Part shown: piece after piece, positions 23,331-31,806 of the stretch
How the letters are laid out: each line of letters opens with the position of its first letter
How positions within the stretch are numbered: position 1 is the first letter of the stretch
DNA from: a virus
IMG/VR virus record: IMGVR_UViG_3300045988_052165
Span: 1-42,549 of that record
DNA: 42,549 bases
Reading direction: 5' to 3' (one strand)
Made by a program: the position numbers and the translations under genes
The notes under the pieces: generated by a model
Seen by the model: the letters and a program-made list of their open reading frames with translations, nothing else
What the model was told of the DNA's origin: nothing
Database searches by the model: none

Positions 23331-23758
23331 CTCAAATTCTCCTTCGCAAGCACTTTTTCAATGGGAAGCCCTCGGTAATATCGGCTGGAAATTGTACTCC
23401 TACTCATTCCTAAAGCCTCTGCCCACTCTCCTACAGTGCGGTTTTCGCCCATGTACTTGATTCTCACCGTGTTTCTCCGGTTATTCGCTTGTTCCTTTGC
23501 TGTTGCCCAAGTGCAATTTTCAGGAGAATAATCAGCGTTGACATTTATTCGTTCCAACGACATCCCCGGCTTATATTTTGAGCCTTTTACCCATTGCTCA
23601 AACAATTCGATATCATGCCATTCTTCGCAAACAGCAATACCACGTCCGCCATACTGGGGGTAATTATGTGCTTTCTTCCTGTAACATCTGTCCATCATCG
23701 AATGATAACTACCGTACCACGGCTCTTTGTAAAATGATCGCCCCTCAATCAACCGCAT
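23318..23758 (-). CDS. Homing-endonuclease-like DNA-binding protein (AP2/HNH-associated N-module + C-terminal HTH)
   Basis: 146 aa with YHSMMDRCYRKKAHNYPQYGGRGIAVCEEW..SLERINVNADYSPENCTWATAKEQANNRR, followed by TVGEWAEALGMSRSTISSRYYRGLPIEKVL. Confidence 0.55.
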   Translation of the reverse strand: MRLIEGRSFYKEPWYGSYHSMMDRCYRKKAHNYPQYGGRGIAVCEEWHDIELFEQWVKGSKYKPGMSLERINVNADYSPENCTWATAKEQANNRRNTVRIKYMGENRTVGEWAEALGMSRSTISSRYYRGLPIEKVLAKENLRCHA

Positions 23759-23909
23759 AAAAATCCTCCTTCCTCGGCATCCCTTTCAGCCACCGTCTGA
23801 CGGCAAAGGGCCGAATGCGTGACGGCTGATTCTTCGCCCACCGCTCAATAGCGGCGGCGTAAGCAATTCTAGCGTTAAGGCGCTGACGGTGTTCTTGTCT
23901 TTCACTCAT
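23745..23909 (-). CDS. Small hypothetical protein (54 aa, below the ORF-track cutoff)
   Basis: MSERQEHRQRLNARIAYAAAIERWAKNQPSRIRPFAVRRWLKGMPRKEDFYAVD, with GGAGGT + 7 nt + ATG. It overlaps both neighbours and fills the 23758-23902 gap. Confidence 0.5.
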   Translation of the reverse strand: MSERQEHRQRLNARIAYAAAIERWAKNQPSRIRPFAVRRWLKGMPRKEDFYAVD

Positions 23910-24087
23910 TCCCAATACCTCCATTTTTTGTAAGATATTTAATTTCTTCTTGCGCCAGCGTTCGATTGCTCATGATAATATGTGATTCTGTAGTCCTGTT
24001 AGGGCAAGCCACGCACTCACACTTGTAGGGTGGCTTGCTCTCATTCCCCCCTCTGCACAAGCACTGGTAATTGAAGCAGTCTGTCAC
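23902..24087 (-). CDS. Small Cys-rich hypothetical protein
   Basis: 61 aa with several CxC/CxxC pairs (CFNYQCLCRGG..YKCECVACPN). Confidence 0.5.
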   Translation of the reverse strand: MTDCFNYQCLCRGGNESKPPYKCECVACPNRTTESHIIMSNRTLAQEEIKYLTKNGGIGNE

Positions 24088-24093
24088 TTTCCG

Positions 24094-24483
24094 TCACCCC
24101 TTCGGCAGTTCAGGCAGCGACATCCAGTGGGTGATTTCAACATCGTCATCCACCTGATCTGTTTCGTTCACGCCGTACTCTACAAGCAAATCTTCGCAAA
24201 CACTCGACCACCAATACCAGGCCTCCCTGTAATAGACAGCAGTCGCTTTTTGCGGAACGTCCTTCATGTACCGGTAGTACGACGCTGGGTTGTGATTTAC
24301 CCACACCACATTTACAGGCTCAAGTTCCTCCGGCGGCCTCTCACTGCACGGAATCCACCTAGTCCGCTCCAACGCCTCCATGCCCATCCGGCAAGCCTCA
24401 TTCACGGGGTCTATACTTTCGTAATGCTCCCGGTGTTCCGGGTTCAGGATTTCAATCGCTCGGTCAATTGTCATGGTTTTCAT
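24094..24483 (-). CDS. DUF551-like protein
   Basis: 129 aa with RWIPCSERPPEELEPVNVVW..ITHWMSLPELP, typical of the DUF551 pattern (WIsv.drlPe ... hWmPLPepP). Confidence 0.6.
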   Translation of the reverse strand: MKTMTIDRAIEILNPEHREHYESIDPVNEACRMGMEALERTRWIPCSERPPEELEPVNVVWVNHNPASYYRYMKDVPQKATAVYYREAWYWWSSVCEDLLVEYGVNETDQVDDDVEITHWMSLPELPKG

Positions 24484-25009
24484 CCTCCAAATCCATTTTT
24501 GCGATATTGTAGCCTTTGCATCGATGCCCCTTGCGGAAGCAAGACGATACAGAGCATTGCCTCACCCCTAAGAAATTACAGGCATCTTTTTCACTGTCAA
24601 AAATCATAGTTACGCCCTTTCTTTCAAGCACATATTTAACTTTATTGGCTTCATGTGCCTTTTTCGCAACGTTTGGATTACGTTTGCTTATATCCCGTAT
24701 GTTTTCGCTGTAAGGGATAAATAGGCAAGCCGACCTGGAATATACTTTATTCCCCGGAATTTTGGTATCTTTGTCAAGGCAGTATCCCTTCTGCGAGACC
24801 CAATTGGTATAGCCCGCTAACTTTTTGATGTCTTTTGCAAAATTTGACAAATATTTCCACCTGTCGCAAACTTCGCAATTCGCATATGCTCGTCCTCTAC
24901 GCCTTTCTTGCTGGGACTTATCGTAGCATCGCCGTAGCATTTGATACCATAGCCCATATGTTCGCTTGTCACAAGTTGGGAAATCGTTAATCCCACCGTA
25001 TTTATTCAT
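24464..25009 (-). CDS. Homing-endonuclease-like protein (paralogous N-module + NUMOD/IENR-like C-terminus)
   Basis: 181 aa from ATG 25009 (AAGGAGcagaaaATG). It has TYGLWYQMLRRCYDKS..CEVCDRW and C-terminal FDSEKDACNFLGVRQCSVSSCFRKGHRCKGYNI. By eye it lies in an AT-richer patch. Confidence 0.55.
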   Translation of the reverse strand: MNKYGGINDFPTCDKRTYGLWYQMLRRCYDKSQQERRRGRAYANCEVCDRWKYLSNFAKDIKKLAGYTNWVSQKGYCLDKDTKIPGNKVYSRSACLFIPYSENIRDISKRNPNVAKKAHEANKVKYVLERKGVTMIFDSEKDACNFLGVRQCSVSSCFRKGHRCKGYNIAKMDLEDENHDN

Positions 25010-25313
25010 TTTCTGCTCCTTGCATTTTTGCACCGCAATGGCAATACGGATACCTCCGGAAAGCCTCCCCGTATTCTCCGAATATCAGCAGACGGTGCAG
25101 GTTGAAGTTATCAACTTTGCGGCCACACACGGAGCATTCCAGGCATAAGGTACGTTCATCCGAAACCCGGATATTCCATTTCCCACTCCGCACCGGCTCC
25201 ACGTCGGCGGCGGGAAGATCGCGGAGAATCTGTAGAAATCTTGGTGAGACGTTAAACAGCTCAGGGTTTTGCAATTCCGTCAGTGCCGCCTCCCGGCTGA
25301 TGTAATCACTCAT
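25002..25313 (-). CDS. Hypothetical zinc-ribbon protein
   Basis: 103 aa from ATG 25313, whose start overlaps the upstream stop: MSDYISREAAL..LPAADVEPVRSGKW..CSVCGRK..CHCGAKM. Confidence 0.55.
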   Translation of the reverse strand: MSDYISREAALTELQNPELFNVSPRFLQILRDLPAADVEPVRSGKWNIRVSDERTLCLECSVCGRKVDNFNLHRLLIFGEYGEAFRRYPYCHCGAKMQGAENE

Positions 25314-25813
25314 TTCAATTCCTCCACATAACACCAGCTCTGGGGCGGGCGTTTAATTTCAACGGGCGCATATCCAAATTTCGTTTTCCGCAACCCCTTG
25401 AATTCGCTTAGCTGTTTCGGGTCATCGTAGATTTTCAGGTTTGAAATGTGCCAAGCGTACCCATCCTTACCGCCCAGGTATTTTTCAATTTGGGGCGTTG
25501 TTAGGCAGCTTTCGGAAAAGTCAACGGAACCATCTATCCCGTACCCGTCTTTCACCGCAACGAGCCGATTCCCAGGAAACCCGGAAAAGCCGGTGTGAGT
25601 TAGCCATATGATCTTGTCACACACGAACTCCCCAACAACCTTCCCGTGCTTTCCCCACATTCCCATTGCAACGCCGCTATTTGTGCAGTAGATGTACACC
25701 TTGAACGGCGTTTCCAGTTTCGGGCGCGTCTTGCGGACCTCGATAGTCTTTTCGCCACCAACGATTTTCTCGCACCACTCCGGGCGGATGCTGATAAGTA
25801 CCGCTTTAGCCAT
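25310..25813 (-). CDS. ASCH (PUA-like) domain protein
   Basis: 167 aa from ATG 25813: MAKAVLISIRPEWCEKIVGGEKTIEVRKTRPK. Confidence 0.65.
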   Translation of the reverse strand: MAKAVLISIRPEWCEKIVGGEKTIEVRKTRPKLETPFKVYIYCTNSGVAMGMWGKHGKVVGEFVCDKIIWLTHTGFSGFPGNRLVAVKDGYGIDGSVDFSESCLTTPQIEKYLGGKDGYAWHISNLKIYDDPKQLSEFKGLRKTKFGYAPVEIKRPPQSWCYVEELK

Positions 25814-25991
25814 GTTCAGCCCTCCTGTTCCATGCTTCGATTGCCTGCTCTTCCGTCTCATATACGCCTAACGCACACTCGCATGTTATACACCTTGGCT
25901 CATACAAATAGTGAAACCCATAGGTTGTTCCTCGGAAAATTTCACCTTTGCCCCCGCAGAACGGGCAGGGCTTCAATTCGATTTTGTCCAT
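25806..25991 (-). CDS. lar: Lar-family restriction alleviation protein
   Basis: 61 aa with LKPCPFCGGKGE...C..C...EEQAIEAWNRRA, the Lar pattern. The SD is GGAAGGAGAtaacaATG. Confidence 0.7.
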   Translation of the reverse strand: MDKIELKPCPFCGGKGEIFRGTTYGFHYLYEPRCITCECALGVYETEEQAIEAWNRRAEHG

Positions 25992-26024
25992 TGTTATCTC
26001 CTTCCCGCCCGGGTTGCCCCGGGC

Positions 26025-26876
26025 TTATCGCTTGTTTTTATTCTCCCAAAAATCAGCGTATTTTCTCCCAACAATCACGGCGTTTGCCCATTCCCTTTGG
26101 AATTTCCTCCACTCTGGGTCACGCTGCCCTGTTTCGTCCCGGTAGAGCATGGCAAAGGGCAGAAATCCCAGCCCCATGATTTGCTTGGCTCGTTTCTCCG
26201 CTGCATCCATGCTGTCCTCCGGGTACCCGCACAGCATATAGCACTTTACCTGATGGCTTTTCCAGCTTAGCCCCGCATTATGCAGCATATCCGCCATAGC
26301 CCTTAAATGCTCATAGTCATCCATGGTGTCGTAGGCTGTGTACATCGTTTGCGGTTTTACAGACATAAGCTGCTCCGCTTTCCACGGGGTCATATACTCC
26401 GGTTCCAGCCCGCCAGAAAACACAGGGCGGCGTTTTTGCCGTTTGAGCATTGATATAACCTCTGCAAAATGGGTGTCGCTTGTGGCAAGGATGTTGTCAT
26501 CCAGCACATCCCACCCATCTTGAACCGGGAGTTCGATCACCCGGCCTCTGGCGCATTTCCCCACGTCGCAAAACCAGCAGTCCTTCGGGCATCCACGGCT
26601 TGTGATGGTCATTCCTTCTTTCAGGTACATCCCCGGTGTAAATGTTTCGCTCATGCGATCCCCAAAGGCGGGGCCGCCGACTTCAACAGGCACACCCAGC
26701 ATTTCCCACTGATAGAAAAGCTCATCCGCTTTCTCCAAGTCCCAAGAAAAAGTAACGCTGATATGCACTTCATCCGGCTCTGCTGCTATGGCATCCAGTG
26801 TAGGTGCCCCGAAGAATGCCAACGGGTCAGTTGGCGACATGGAGGTTTTCGTGGGGAACACGCGGGCTATTCGCAT
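26025..26876 (-). CDS. Radical SAM protein (CX3CX2C) with ~110-aa N-terminal domain
   Basis: 283 aa from ATG 26876. The track ORF 26025..27092 would overlap the MTase gene by 226 nt. The cluster motif is TSRGCPKDCWFCDVG. Its start overlaps the MTase-like stop by 10 nt. Confidence 0.7.
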   Translation of the reverse strand: MRIARVFPTKTSMSPTDPLAFFGAPTLDAIAAEPDEVHISVTFSWDLEKADELFYQWEMLGVPVEVGGPAFGDRMSETFTPGMYLKEGMTITSRGCPKDCWFCDVGKCARGRVIELPVQDGWDVLDDNILATSDTHFAEVISMLKRQKRRPVFSGGLEPEYMTPWKAEQLMSVKPQTMYTAYDTMDDYEHLRAMADMLHNAGLSWKSHQVKCYMLCGYPEDSMDAAEKRAKQIMGLGFLPFAMLYRDETGQRDPEWRKFQREWANAVIVGRKYADFWENKNKR

Positions 26877-27532
26877 GGCAGGCCAGCCCACTGTTCCGCC
26901 ATTGCGGCGGCGATTCCGGGGAAGGTTTTGGAGCGCTCCTTTGGGTTTCGCTTCCCTTTGCGTTCCCATTCTCCCGGTCTGGCTGCTCGTCCATGCGGCG
27001 TGGTTTCCACCCATTTCCCGGTAGGAACCACGCAATCCGTCGCCATCAGCAACGGAAGGTTTTTGAGCCATAGGCACGTTCTTTTGTACCATTCGTCTCC
27101 GAACATAAACGGCTGGACAATCTGGGAGTAGGGGGGAAGCTCGTGAATACTACCGGGGACGGGGTTTTCAACCGCAATTCTCGGAACATCGGCCTCCAAC
27201 ATTGCCATAAACATGGTCTTGGCTCTTTTCGCTTTTTTCATGCGATCCTCTTGGATTTTGCCGTTGACCCTCAACCGGTTAGCCCCTGCGTTGCTCAGAT
27301 ATGTGCATGGCGGATGCGCGATCAGCAAATCCCACCGCCCCACATCATGCACCTGTCCGTCCATAGTGGTCACTTGCCCCCCTTCGATGGCCTTTAGGGC
27401 ATCCCCAAGGATGTGCCATTCAGGTTTCCCGCCGGACGGCTCCTGAATATCGCAGGAGTATGCCTCATGCCCCCGCGCCCGGAACGCCTTGCACACGGTT
27501 TGCGATTCCTCGCAGGCTATCAAGACTCGCAT
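26867..27532 (-). CDS. DNA C5-methyltransferase-like protein (PPC and ENP motifs; atypical motif I)
   Basis: 221 aa with WDLLIAHPPCTYLSNAG (motif IV-like, catalytic Cys) and IAVENPVPG (motif VI-like). The N-terminus MRVLIACEESQ replaces the usual FxGxG. Confidence 0.6.
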   Translation of the reverse strand: MRVLIACEESQTVCKAFRARGHEAYSCDIQEPSGGKPEWHILGDALKAIEGGQVTTMDGQVHDVGRWDLLIAHPPCTYLSNAGANRLRVNGKIQEDRMKKAKRAKTMFMAMLEADVPRIAVENPVPGSIHELPPYSQIVQPFMFGDEWYKRTCLWLKNLPLLMATDCVVPTGKWVETTPHGRAARPGEWERKGKRNPKERSKTFPGIAAAMAEQWAGLPCE

Positions 27533-27534
27533 TT

Positions 27535-27972
27535 TTAGTAGTCACCTTCATTCCTCTTATCAAACTCCACGTTGATCTTCGGCACCCACGTATTGCTCAA
27601 TGCACTTTCCACGCCCGTAAAAAAGCTATCGACAAATTTTGTGTAATTAACTTTTTTAGCCAGCTCCGCTCTGATTGCCTGTGTAATTTCCGGTTTGCGT
27701 TCGTTTACAAGTGCTTGCAATTCCTCACGAGTGATTTCCTCAATCGCTCGCCTCACGTGGAACTCCAACAATGTATATTTATTATCATTGGAATAGCTAG
27801 AAACTTTCCCGTTTTTATCAACTTTCGTAGACAAAACCATTTTTACGATCTGGCTCACGATTTCGTTTTTCCCGTTTAAGGATTCCGAAATTCCCATTAT
27901 AACGGTTTGCTTTACCGCTTCCGCCAAATAATCCTGATCGATGCTCAAGTCCAATCCTACAATATTCGCCAT
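27535..27972 (-). CDS. Hypothetical protein
   Basis: 145 aa with non-junk composition, tightly packed between its neighbours. Confidence 0.6.
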   Translation of the reverse strand: MANIVGLDLSIDQDYLAEAVKQTVIMGISESLNGKNEIVSQIVKMVLSTKVDKNGKVSSYSNDNKYTLLEFHVRRAIEEITREELQALVNERKPEITQAIRAELAKKVNYTKFVDSFFTGVESALSNTWVPKINVEFDKRNEGDY

Positions 27973-27995
27973 TTTAATTTCCTTTCTGTTTTCCT

Positions 27996-28319
27996 TTATT
28001 CCCCCGAGGGACTTTCCCCCACCGGGGCGGGGTGCAATTCCGCTTTATTGGCTTGAAACAGCCGTACATTTTCGCCTTGCTCATGCTCAAAAACAATCCC
28101 CTCTCTCACCAAATCCGGGTGTTCATACCTGAAAAATTGGCGTCGTTTTTTGTGGTTTCCAACCGATTTCATGATGTTTTCGTTCCAATTTGCTACGAAA
28201 TATGCTTCCCATGCCTTGCAGCCGTCCCCGTTGGTGGGGCAATCGTCCCGCGTGCAGTTTCTGCAAAATGGGCTTTCAGAATCGATGTACTGGCCGGGTT
28301 TTTCGTCCATCATACCCAC
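27996..28319 (-). CDS. Hypothetical Cys-containing protein
   Basis: 107 aa with CRNCTRDDCPTNGDGC. Confidence 0.55.
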   Translation of the reverse strand: MGMMDEKPGQYIDSESPFCRNCTRDDCPTNGDGCKAWEAYFVANWNENIMKSVGNHKKRRQFFRYEHPDLVREGIVFEHEQGENVRLFQANKAELHPAPVGESPSGE

Positions 28320-28322
28320 CCC

Positions 28323-29183
28323 TCACAGTCTGCGCGTGTTCCGCACACGGTAATTTTTCCCCCGGTCTTTGCCGATGGAGTAGGCTTTTGCCCGCTCGTA
28401 AATCCTGCCTCCGATCGCTTCGTCAATATCCAGCAGTTCATCCTCCGTCAACTCCGTGGACAGAATGGTCAGCAGTTCCGGGTTGTTGTATCGGTAGTTC
28501 AAGATTTCAAACGCATAGTTGATATCTGCCGCTGTGGGGCGCTGGGTGGCATTCTCTGCCGTTTTCCCGGTCTTGAAAAGGTCATCTATGTACAGCACCT
28601 TTGCGGTCTTGTACTTGTCCAGAATCCTCCGCAGCTCAACCGTTTCGCCGTCAAATTCGGACATTCTGGCAGCCTGTTTGATCTTTCCGATTTCATCCCG
28701 CCAGAGCATATACACTACTTCCCGGCCTTCCAGCAGCAGCTCACGGCAAATGGCAGTGCATAAGTGGGTCTTGCCGCAGCCGGATTGACCGCACAGGGCG
28801 AACCACCCGGAAGGATTCTTGGCGTAGTCCATGGCGGCGGCTTTGAGGGTTTCTTGCCACGGCTCCGGGGTCTGGAACTTGTCGAAGGTGTAATCCCGGA
28901 TGATGTTTTTCAGGCCGCTCCGCTGCATCCGTAGAATGGAGCGCCGGGTATCTGCACACTTGCAATCTGCCACGGAATGGGAAAAAGTGCCGTCCGGATT
29001 CTCCACCAACCGGGCAACATAGCCTTTGTTTTTGCAAATAGGGCAGTTGTAGCCGTCCTCTTTGTCCCGGTAGCCAATAGCGTCGTTCAGGGCATCCACC
29101 CGGAGTTGGGCATACTGCCGGGGGTCAAGGTCACAGGTAGTGACCAACCCTTTCGCTTTGAGCATTTCCATCAGGCTTTCCAT
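28323..29183 (-). CDS. DnaC/IstB-like AAA+ helicase loader with N-terminal zinc ribbon
   Basis: 286 aa. Walker A is CGQSGCGKTHL, Walker B is VLYIDDLF, and the N-terminus has CPICKNKGY..CKC. The SD is GAAAGGAGGAaccgccaATG. Confidence 0.8.
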   Translation of the reverse strand: MESLMEMLKAKGLVTTCDLDPRQYAQLRVDALNDAIGYRDKEDGYNCPICKNKGYVARLVENPDGTFSHSVADCKCADTRRSILRMQRSGLKNIIRDYTFDKFQTPEPWQETLKAAAMDYAKNPSGWFALCGQSGCGKTHLCTAICRELLLEGREVVYMLWRDEIGKIKQAARMSEFDGETVELRRILDKYKTAKVLYIDDLFKTGKTAENATQRPTAADINYAFEILNYRYNNPELLTILSTELTEDELLDIDEAIGGRIYERAKAYSIGKDRGKNYRVRNTRRL

Positions 29184-29811
29184 TGGCGGTTCCTCCTTTC
29201 ATCAGTCTGTCCCAGATAATCCCTGCCCAGTTTGCTGCCATACACTGCTCCATCAGGTCAATGACTGCTTGTTCTCCGTACTTTGCAGCGTTTTTTTGGA
29301 TTTGGGTCAGCAGCGATTTCAAGCCCTGCTCCTTGTAGCTCTCCCGCCGTTCGGACTTGTACTTCAGCCAAGCGGTGGTTTTCGCCATCAGCGGTTCGGA
29401 AAAAGAATAGCTTGCGATGATTTTCGAAAAGGGGGTAGGGGGATAACATTCGTTCTCTTTCTCTCTCTCTTTCTCCTTCTCTATCTCGCTTGTGGGTTGC
29501 TCTTGCTTATCGTTTGCTTCCGCTTTTCTTCCGCTTTGCTTGCTATTTGCTTCCGCTTTGCTTGCAATTTGTTTGGTGCTTCCTCCGTTTTTACCGGATT
29601 TTGCTTTCCTTCTGCTAGAATCCAGATTCGGCTTTATGAGCAGAAACGCGATTTGCGCGGCATCGGACATTTTGGAAAAGTCCGGGTCTTCTTCCCGCAG
29701 GGCATAGGCACAAATAGCATCGTAAGCGTCGGCACGGTCTGCCTTTTTCTTGATTCTGGAAACCGCATCGAAGAAACTGGCATAAAATGTAAATTGGGTT
29801 CTTTCGTCCAT
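29131..29811 (-). CDS. Replisome organiser / replication initiation-type protein
   Basis: 226 aa. The N-terminus is FTFYASFFDAVSRIKKKADRADAYDAICAYAL. A K/E/S-rich repetitive linker follows, then a helical C-terminal domain. It lies upstream of the helicase loader. Confidence 0.6.
   Translation of the reverse strand: MDERTQFTFYASFFDAVSRIKKKADRADAYDAICAYALREEDPDFSKMSDAAQIAFLLIKPNLDSSRRKAKSGKNGGSTKQIASKAEANSKQSGRKAEANDKQEQPTSEIEKEKEREKENECYPPTPFSKIIASYSFSEPLMAKTTAWLKYKSERRESYKEQGLKSLLTQIQKNAAKYGEQAVIDLMEQCMAANWAGIIWDRLMKGGTANGKPDGNAQSERVGHYL
29513..29565. repeat. Iteron-like direct repeats inside the replisome organiser gene (candidate ori)
   Basis: CTTCCGCTTT occurs at 29517, 29528 and 29550, a spacing of 11 and 22 bp. 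TTCCGCTTTGCTTGC occurs at 29529 and 29551. A 30-nt pure pyrimidine tract lies next to them at 29453-29482. Confidence 0.5.
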
Positions 29812-29814
29812 GGG

Positions 29815-30039
29815 TCAATCCTCGCGTTCCGCTTTTACGATGGAATATCTGGAAAAGGATACCGGCTCGTCGTACCGGTTTTTGCCGGTCACCCGCTCGG
29901 AGCGGATGGGTACGCCCTGGGCTTTCAAATCCCAAATCCTTGCACCCAGACGGTAACAGCCGTACTCGGTAACAGCCTCGGCCTGGGTAATGCTCCCATA
30001 ATCCTGCAAATGCCGAAGAATACGCTCACACTGTGTCAC
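29815..30039 (-). CDS. Small winged-helix/HTH protein
   Basis: 74 aa from GTG 30039 (GGAGAGGAGGcaccccGTG): CERILRHLQDYGSITQAEAVTEYGCYRLGARIWDLKAQGVPI. Confidence 0.55.
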   Translation of the reverse strand: MTQCERILRHLQDYGSITQAEAVTEYGCYRLGARIWDLKAQGVPIRSERVTGKNRYDEPVSFSRYSIVKAERED

Positions 30040-30451
30040 GGGGTGCCTCCTCTCCGGTGAGACGAACCGCCACGCATGGGCGGGTGCCGTACCGCTTGCA
30101 GACTGTGGCGTCTGTGATAGCTGCATCATCCTTGTAGGCGATACCGTTCAGGGCATCACACACAATCTTGCCTATGTTGTCCCAGTCGGGTTTCACCATG
30201 GGAAGAATCCGATTATCAATCGCTTCGGCCTGCTTGCGCTTGCTCCACGAATGGGGAACGGGGTAGATTGCCGCAATGTCAACCCGGATAGTGCCGGTGA
30301 ACTTTGCCCCGTGGGCTTCGCACTGGTATGCCCATGCCACCAGCTTTTCATAGTCCTTCGTTTTCTTTGGGGTGTATGTCGCACCGTTCTGGGTGAAGCG
30401 GGGGCGCTCCTTCCCTTGCGGAACGCCGGGAATCGTAAATTCAATCGTCAC
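30026..30451 (-). CDS. rusA: RusA-family Holliday junction resolvase (copy 1)
   Basis: 141 aa from GTG 30451 (AAGGAAGGAGcgaaaacGTG). It has IPGVPQGKERPRF and KPDWDNIGKIVCDALNGIAYKDDAAI. The track start at 30511 is a TTG. Confidence 0.75.
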   Translation of the reverse strand: MTIEFTIPGVPQGKERPRFTQNGATYTPKKTKDYEKLVAWAYQCEAHGAKFTGTIRVDIAAIYPVPHSWSKRKQAEAIDNRILPMVKPDWDNIGKIVCDALNGIAYKDDAAITDATVCKRYGTRPCVAVRLTGEEAPRDTV

Positions 30452-30554
30452 GTTTTCGCTCCTTCCTTTTGGAGTTGGCGGTTTCACATCCCACCGCCAA
30501 GGGAAATGCAAACTATACTGTCAATCTTTTTGAGGAAAGATTGATTTTTCCGGC

Positions 30555-30998
30555 CTAGAACGGCAATTGCTCGTCCTCTCCTTCCAACTCTGCGAAGTTC
30601 GCCGCATGGGCGGGAGACTGATACGCCGGTGTGCTGTATCCGTTGCCAGCCCCAGAGCTGGCCTGAGCGCCGCTTCCCTTGCTGCCGCAGAAATAAACGT
30701 TGCTCACAAGAATCTCCGCCTGACGGCGCTTCTGGCCGTTCTTGTCGGTATACTGCCGGATTTGCAATCTGCCCGTTACTATGGTCATCTGGCCTTTGCG
30801 GAAATACTTGGCGGCGTTCTCCCCGGCGGCTCCAAAGGCGGTGCAGTCCAGGAAATCCACTTCTTTCTCGCCGGTCTGCTGGTTCTTGAAATCCCGGTCA
30901 ACCGCCAAGGTGAAGCTGGTAGCAGCCTTGCCGGAATTGGTTCTGCGAAGCTCCGGGTCTCGCACCATGCGTCCGGCAATGGTGATGGTGTTAAGCAT
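30555..30998 (-). CDS. ssb: Single-stranded DNA-binding protein
   Basis: 147 aa with an OB-fold N-terminus (MLNTITIAGRMVRDPELRRTNSGKAATSFTLAV), a Gly/Ala/Ser-rich tail, and an acidic tip (EDEQLPF). Confidence 0.9.
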   Translation of the reverse strand: MLNTITIAGRMVRDPELRRTNSGKAATSFTLAVDRDFKNQQTGEKEVDFLDCTAFGAAGENAAKYFRKGQMTIVTGRLQIRQYTDKNGQKRRQAEILVSNVYFCGSKGSGAQASSGAGNGYSTPAYQSPAHAANFAELEGEDEQLPF

Positions 30999-31806
30999 TC
31001 TCCGGTACCTCCTGAGAAATCACCTCGCCGGTGTCCTGGTCAACGTCGATGTACTCAGTCATGTCCGGGATATCTGTCATGTCGGAGGAAATATCCGTCT
31101 TTGTGGTGCCGTCCTGAGCCATACCACGCACAAAGTCGGATTTCAGCGGGGCGTATTTCAGCACCTTTTTCAGAACGGTTTTCTTTGCCATCTCGTCAAA
31201 ATTGGTCTGCCACGGGCCATTCCCGAAGCTCTTAGAGAACTTTCTCGCGTGCTCGGTAACTTCCTCGATGCTCATAACCTGAAATCCGTAGCCTCCGTCC
31301 TTGGTCTTGAACATGGCGTAGTAGGCAATGGGCTTGCCGCGGTTGCTCTTGGCAGGGACGTGCCGCAGCTTCGGGTCAAGGCCAAGGGCATACTCAAACT
31401 CGTCATTTTCGTATACGGTGTGTGCCTGAATGATGGAAACCTCACCGGAACGGTAGGCCAGATCAATAAGCCCCTTATAGCCAAGCTGGAATTGGCACTC
31501 CATCTGGCCGTGATTGCGGAAGGGAATCAGGTAAGCCTGCCCAAGAGGGGTATTCGGCTCCAAGCCCAACTGTGCGGCGGTCATCATAGCGCCAAGGAAA
31601 GACTGAGGGGTGCATTCCTTGAGCTTCGGGTTGGCGCTCAGTGCCGACAGGGTAATGCGGCTGAACCGCTCCGGGGTCATCACGCTGGGCAGTGCCGCCT
31701 GAATGGCGGGCTTCATCACCTCAATGTAGTCCTGGATGCTGCTGGGGTTTTTCTTTTTCGCTACCGCCTGAGTAGAAGCGGCGGCATTCTGAATCACGTT
31801 TGCCAT
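30991..31806 (-). CDS. recT: RecT-family single-strand annealing protein
   Basis: 271 aa from ATG 31806, overlapping the upstream TAA: SFLGAMMTAAQLGLEPNTPLGQAYLIPFRN..QFQLGYKGLIDLAYRSGE. Confidence 0.85.
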   Translation of the reverse strand: MANVIQNAAASTQAVAKKKNPSSIQDYIEVMKPAIQAALPSVMTPERFSRITLSALSANPKLKECTPQSFLGAMMTAAQLGLEPNTPLGQAYLIPFRNHGQMECQFQLGYKGLIDLAYRSGEVSIIQAHTVYENDEFEYALGLDPKLRHVPAKSNRGKPIAYYAMFKTKDGGYGFQVMSIEEVTEHARKFSKSFGNGPWQTNFDEMAKKTVLKKVLKYAPLKSDFVRGMAQDGTTKTDISSDMTDIPDMTEYIDVDQDTGEVISQEVPENA

